Below, in pieces: positions 41,845 through 43,957 of a DNA stretch of 43,957 nucleotides. This DNA comes from Clostridia bacterium (GTDB lineage: Bacteria > Bacillota > Clostridia > Christensenellales > QALW01). Under the pieces are notes generated by a model that was given only the letters and a program-made list of their open reading frames with translations, searched no databases and had not been told where the DNA came from. The stretch covers positions 1 to 43,957 of the forward strand of contig JAZULU010000119.1 of NCBI GenBank assembly GCA_045603265.1, in the 5' to 3' direction. The first letter of the stretch is position 1. Each line of letters starts with the position of its first letter. The position numbers and the translations under genes were made by a program.

Positions 41845-43957
41845 ATGATTTGTAGAAAATGCGGTGTAAAAAACAGTGATACAAGAAAAAGATGCTTTCA
41901 TTGCGGTGCTCCCATTGTAAGAATGGAACTTCCCGAAAAGAAAAGCGCTATTGAAGTGACTCCTGTTATTGAAATAAAAGAGGCTGAAACTATTCAAAAA
42001 GCAGAGCCTATAGTCGAAGCTGAACCTATTGTTGAGGCAGAGCCTATCGTTGAGACTGAGCCTATTAAAGAGACTGAACCTATTCAAGAGGCTGTGCCTA
42101 TCGTTGAAGCAGAGCCTATCGTTGAGGCTGAGCCTATAGACGAAGCTGAGCCTATTGTCGAAGCTGAGCCTATTGTCGAAGCTGAGCCTATTGTTGAAGC
42201 TGAGCCTATTGTTGAAACAGAGCCTATTGTCGAAGCTGAGCCTATTCAAGAGGCTGAGCCTATTCAAGAGGCTGGACTCAAAGAAGAAGCAAAGCCTACC
42301 GAAGAAACTGAAGTTGCTGACGAAACACAAACAGACAACCAAGTTATCGAAGATGTACAATCAGAAAATGAAGTTGCTGAAGATGATAACGAGGAAAACA
42401 ACATAGACGGTGAAGAATCAGCACCTAAAAAAGATAACAAAAAACTTATTTGGATAGTTGCTGCTGCCATCGTTGTTTTAATTGTAGGCATTTTTGCAAT
42501 TTCTCTTTTCACACAAGCACCTAAAGATGCAACCGTTGCACTTAACATTGAAGCACCAAAGATCTCAACAAAAACATCCGATGACGGCACATTCTTTATT
42601 TCAGGTGTCTTTGACGGAGAAGCAGGCGATAAACTTATTGTAAACGATAAAGAATATACCTTTACTTCCGATAAACTTGAACTTGATTTCTTCCTTGAGG
42701 ATCTTTTTGACAAAAACCATGTTTTTGAAAGCGTCGAAACAAACGTTGGTCTTAACGTTACATATGTAAGAAACAACAAAAAGTATCCTTGCAAAACAGA
42801 AAGTACAAAAATCTCCGTACCTGAAGCGAACGTTGCTTTTGATTTTGGCGAAAATATTTCGGTGTACAGTGATACTTATAATTTAAAATTCTGGCTTGGC
42901 GACGAATCTGAGATCACACTTAACGGTGAAAGCATCACCAGCGCATTAGGCGGAATCGGCGCAGTTCAATACGAAATCGAAGTTGGAGAAAACACCAACG
43001 AACAGTACGTTCTTGCAGTAGTTCAGCCCTATCGTGTTAAAAAAGATTATCATTTTACACTAAAACGTGATGCTGCACCGGTTGAACTTACTTTATCATC
43101 AGAGGTTGAAAGCGTTCATAGCGAATCAACTATTACGATCACCTACTCTACCGATCGTGCCGCATCAGTTTTCTCAAATCTTCCCGTTGAATCTTTAGTA
43201 AAAAATGATGCTGACAATACTTTTACTGTTGTACTCAGTCTTTCAAGAAGCGATTATGGCGAAGTAACCGCCGTACTTACCGCAAAGACAGAAAGCGGCT
43301 CAACGAAAAAAGGTATCACTTTCACCTATTGGCCCGATGAAGAAACACTTAAACAAGAAGCAACGGAATTTAATGTTTCCATGTTGGAAGATAATTTGAA
43401 CGAACATGCCAATAAAGACTATTTTGTAAACAACGTTAAAATTGAAAGATTTTCAAATGATTACAACGTTATCGGCTCCGTAGACGGCAAAAACGTTACA
43501 TTTAACGTAAAAAATCTTCCCTCAAATATTGAAATTGGTAAAACTTATAACTTCCTTGCAAGATTTAACGAAATTGAAGGCAAAGTAGTAATGCAAGTAT
43601 GGTTTGCCGAAAACATTGAAGAAATTGAAGATGAAAATGCAGAAAAAGAGCCTTTGCCCGAAGTAACACCCGAAACAAGTGCTACACCGGATTTAAGCGC
43701 AACAGCAACTGCAACTGCAACTGCAGCTGCCACATTAAGACCTACTGCAACGGCTACAGCAAGACCTACTGCTACCGCTACGGTAAGACCTTCTGCTACT
43801 GCAAGTCCTACCGCTACGGCTACAGCAACGGCAACAGCAACGGCAACAGCTACAGCGACAGCTACACCAACACCTACTCCTACAGAGGCACCTACAGAGG
43901 CACCTACAGAGGCACCTACGGAGGCACCTACAGAGGCACCTACACCTACAACTACAA
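41845..43957 (+). CDS. Partial (3'-open) CDS: zinc-ribbon / acidic hexapeptide-repeat / single-TM protein with unknown ectodomain and Thr-Ala-Pro tail
   Basis: My hand translation from ATG 41845 (GGAGAG 6 nt upstream) gives 704 codons with no stop up to the window end. Features: MICRKCGVKNSDTRKRCFHCGAP (CxxC-X10-CxxC), 15 x (A/T)EPI(V/K/Q/D)E at residues 53-142, a D/E-rich linker, KKDNKK + LIWIVAAAIVVLIVGIFAISLF (res ~201-222), a ~390-aa unrecognised region, then (TA)n and (PTEA)5. Absent from the ORF track. Confidence 0.8.
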   Translation, partial: MICRKCGVKNSDTRKRCFHCGAPIVRMELPEKKSAIEVTPVIEIKEAETIQKAEPIVEAEPIVEAEPIVETEPIKETEPIQEAVPIVEAEPIVEAEPIDEAEPIVEAEPIVEAEPIVEAEPIVETEPIVEAEPIQEAEPIQEAGLKEEAKPTEETEVADETQTDNQVIEDVQSENEVAEDDNEENNIDGEESAPKKDNKKLIWIVAAAIVVLIVGIFAISLFTQAPKDATVALNIEAPKISTKTSDDGTFFISGVFDGEAGDKLIVNDKEYTFTSDKLELDFFLEDLFDKNHVFESVETNVGLNVTYVRNNKKYPCKTESTKISVPEANVAFDFGENISVYSDTYNLKFWLGDESEITLNGESITSALGGIGAVQYEIEVGENTNEQYVLAVVQPYRVKKDYHFTLKRDAAPVELTLSSEVESVHSESTITITYSTDRAASVFSNLPVESLVKNDADNTFTVVLSLSRSDYGEVTAVLTAKTESGSTKKGITFTYWPDEETLKQEATEFNVSMLEDNLNEHANKDYFVNNVKIERFSNDYNVIGSVDGKNVTFNVKNLPSNIEIGKTYNFLARFNEIEGKVVMQVWFAENIEEIEDENAEKEPLPEVTPETSATPDLSATATATATAAATLRPTATATARPTATATVRPSATASPTATATATATATATATATATPTPTPTEAPTEAPTEAPTEAPTEAPTPTTT
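42001..42270 (+). repeat. 15 tandem in-frame copies of an 18-bp unit (consensus GCTGAGCCTATTGTCGAA)
   Basis: Counted directly; exactly 270 nt. Copies 9 and 10 are identical, as are 11 and 12, and 14 and 15. The outer copies are more diverged. Confidence 0.95.
43699..43957 (+). repeat. Low-complexity Thr/Ala/Pro-coding region, including 5 tandem 12-bp units CCTACAGAGGCA (43879-43938)
   Basis: GCA/ACN alternation encodes ATATATATAAAT..., with three RPTATA-like segments, then PTEA x5. It runs to the window edge. Confidence 0.9.

Noticed and set aside
42001-42270. Possibility that the regular 18-bp repeats are a CRISPR array.
   Set aside because: The units are directly abutting with no spacers, are only 18 bp long, are perfectly in frame within a long ORF, and no cas genes are present.
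41845-42510. Zinc-ribbon + single-TM N-terminus as a zinc-binding anti-sigma factor.
   Set aside because: There is no HxxxCxxC ZAS motif and no ECF sigma gene upstream (the divergent neighbour is a PBP). The cytoplasmic part is dominated by acidic repeats rather than an anti-sigma domain.
41824-42794. ORFs 41824..42360(-) with NRLS repeats, 42155..42406(+) with KLSLL repeats, and 42264..42794(-).
   Set aside because: These are alternative-frame or antisense readings of the 18-bp tandem repeat and the acidic region of the real + strand gene that starts at 41845. That gene has the promoter, RBS, zinc ribbon and TM logic.

Overview
AT-rich (by eye, mid-30s %GC) chromosomal window from a spore-forming low-GC Firmicute, probably Clostridia. 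There are about 60 genes, and all but four lie on the minus strand. Almost everything is core or housekeeping. In order: gdhA; an aromatic amino-acid operon (DAHP synthase, tyrA, aroB, aroA, pheA, an aroE::aroK fusion, and an ECF S-component-like membrane protein); a D-2-hydroxyacid dehydrogenase; a two-gene SufC/SufBD-like Fe-S module; a 537-aa unknown protein; a CapA-family protein; a small SH3 + Cys-rich protein; an alpha/beta-type SASP that the ORF track missed; an OmpR/HK two-component pair; tRNA-Arg(ACG) followed by rpmB; the complete spoIIIAA-AH operon; RNase P RNA (not in any track); then COG1579 zinc-ribbon, NIF3, trmK, sigA, dnaG and a dGTPase-like gene; the DUF1292-ruvX-ireB-like cluster; an AI-2E transporter; a PRC-barrel protein; two class-V cysteine desulfurase paralogs flanking a DUF3343 gene; two small divergent unknown genes; a TM1266-like ACT protein + NMT1-type ABC importer operon behind a terminator/antiterminator leader; an S41 protease; a PucR-like regulator; and a class A PBP. 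The window ends inside a long + strand ORF (41845 to window end) that the ORF track does not list because it has no in-window stop. That ORF encodes a zinc ribbon, 15 tandem hexapeptide repeats (18-bp DNA repeat), one TM helix, an unrecognised ectodomain and a Thr/Ala/Pro low-complexity tail. I found no CRISPR array, mobile element, rRNA or recognisable defence system, and no convincing novel multi-gene system. The most interesting unexplained items are the repeat protein, the unclassified attenuator leader with its ACT+ABC operon, and the sigma-E-type SH3/Cys-rich gene. All family calls rest on motif recognition and synteny by eye. No searches were run. Several ORF-track starts were corrected using RBS and terminator positions.
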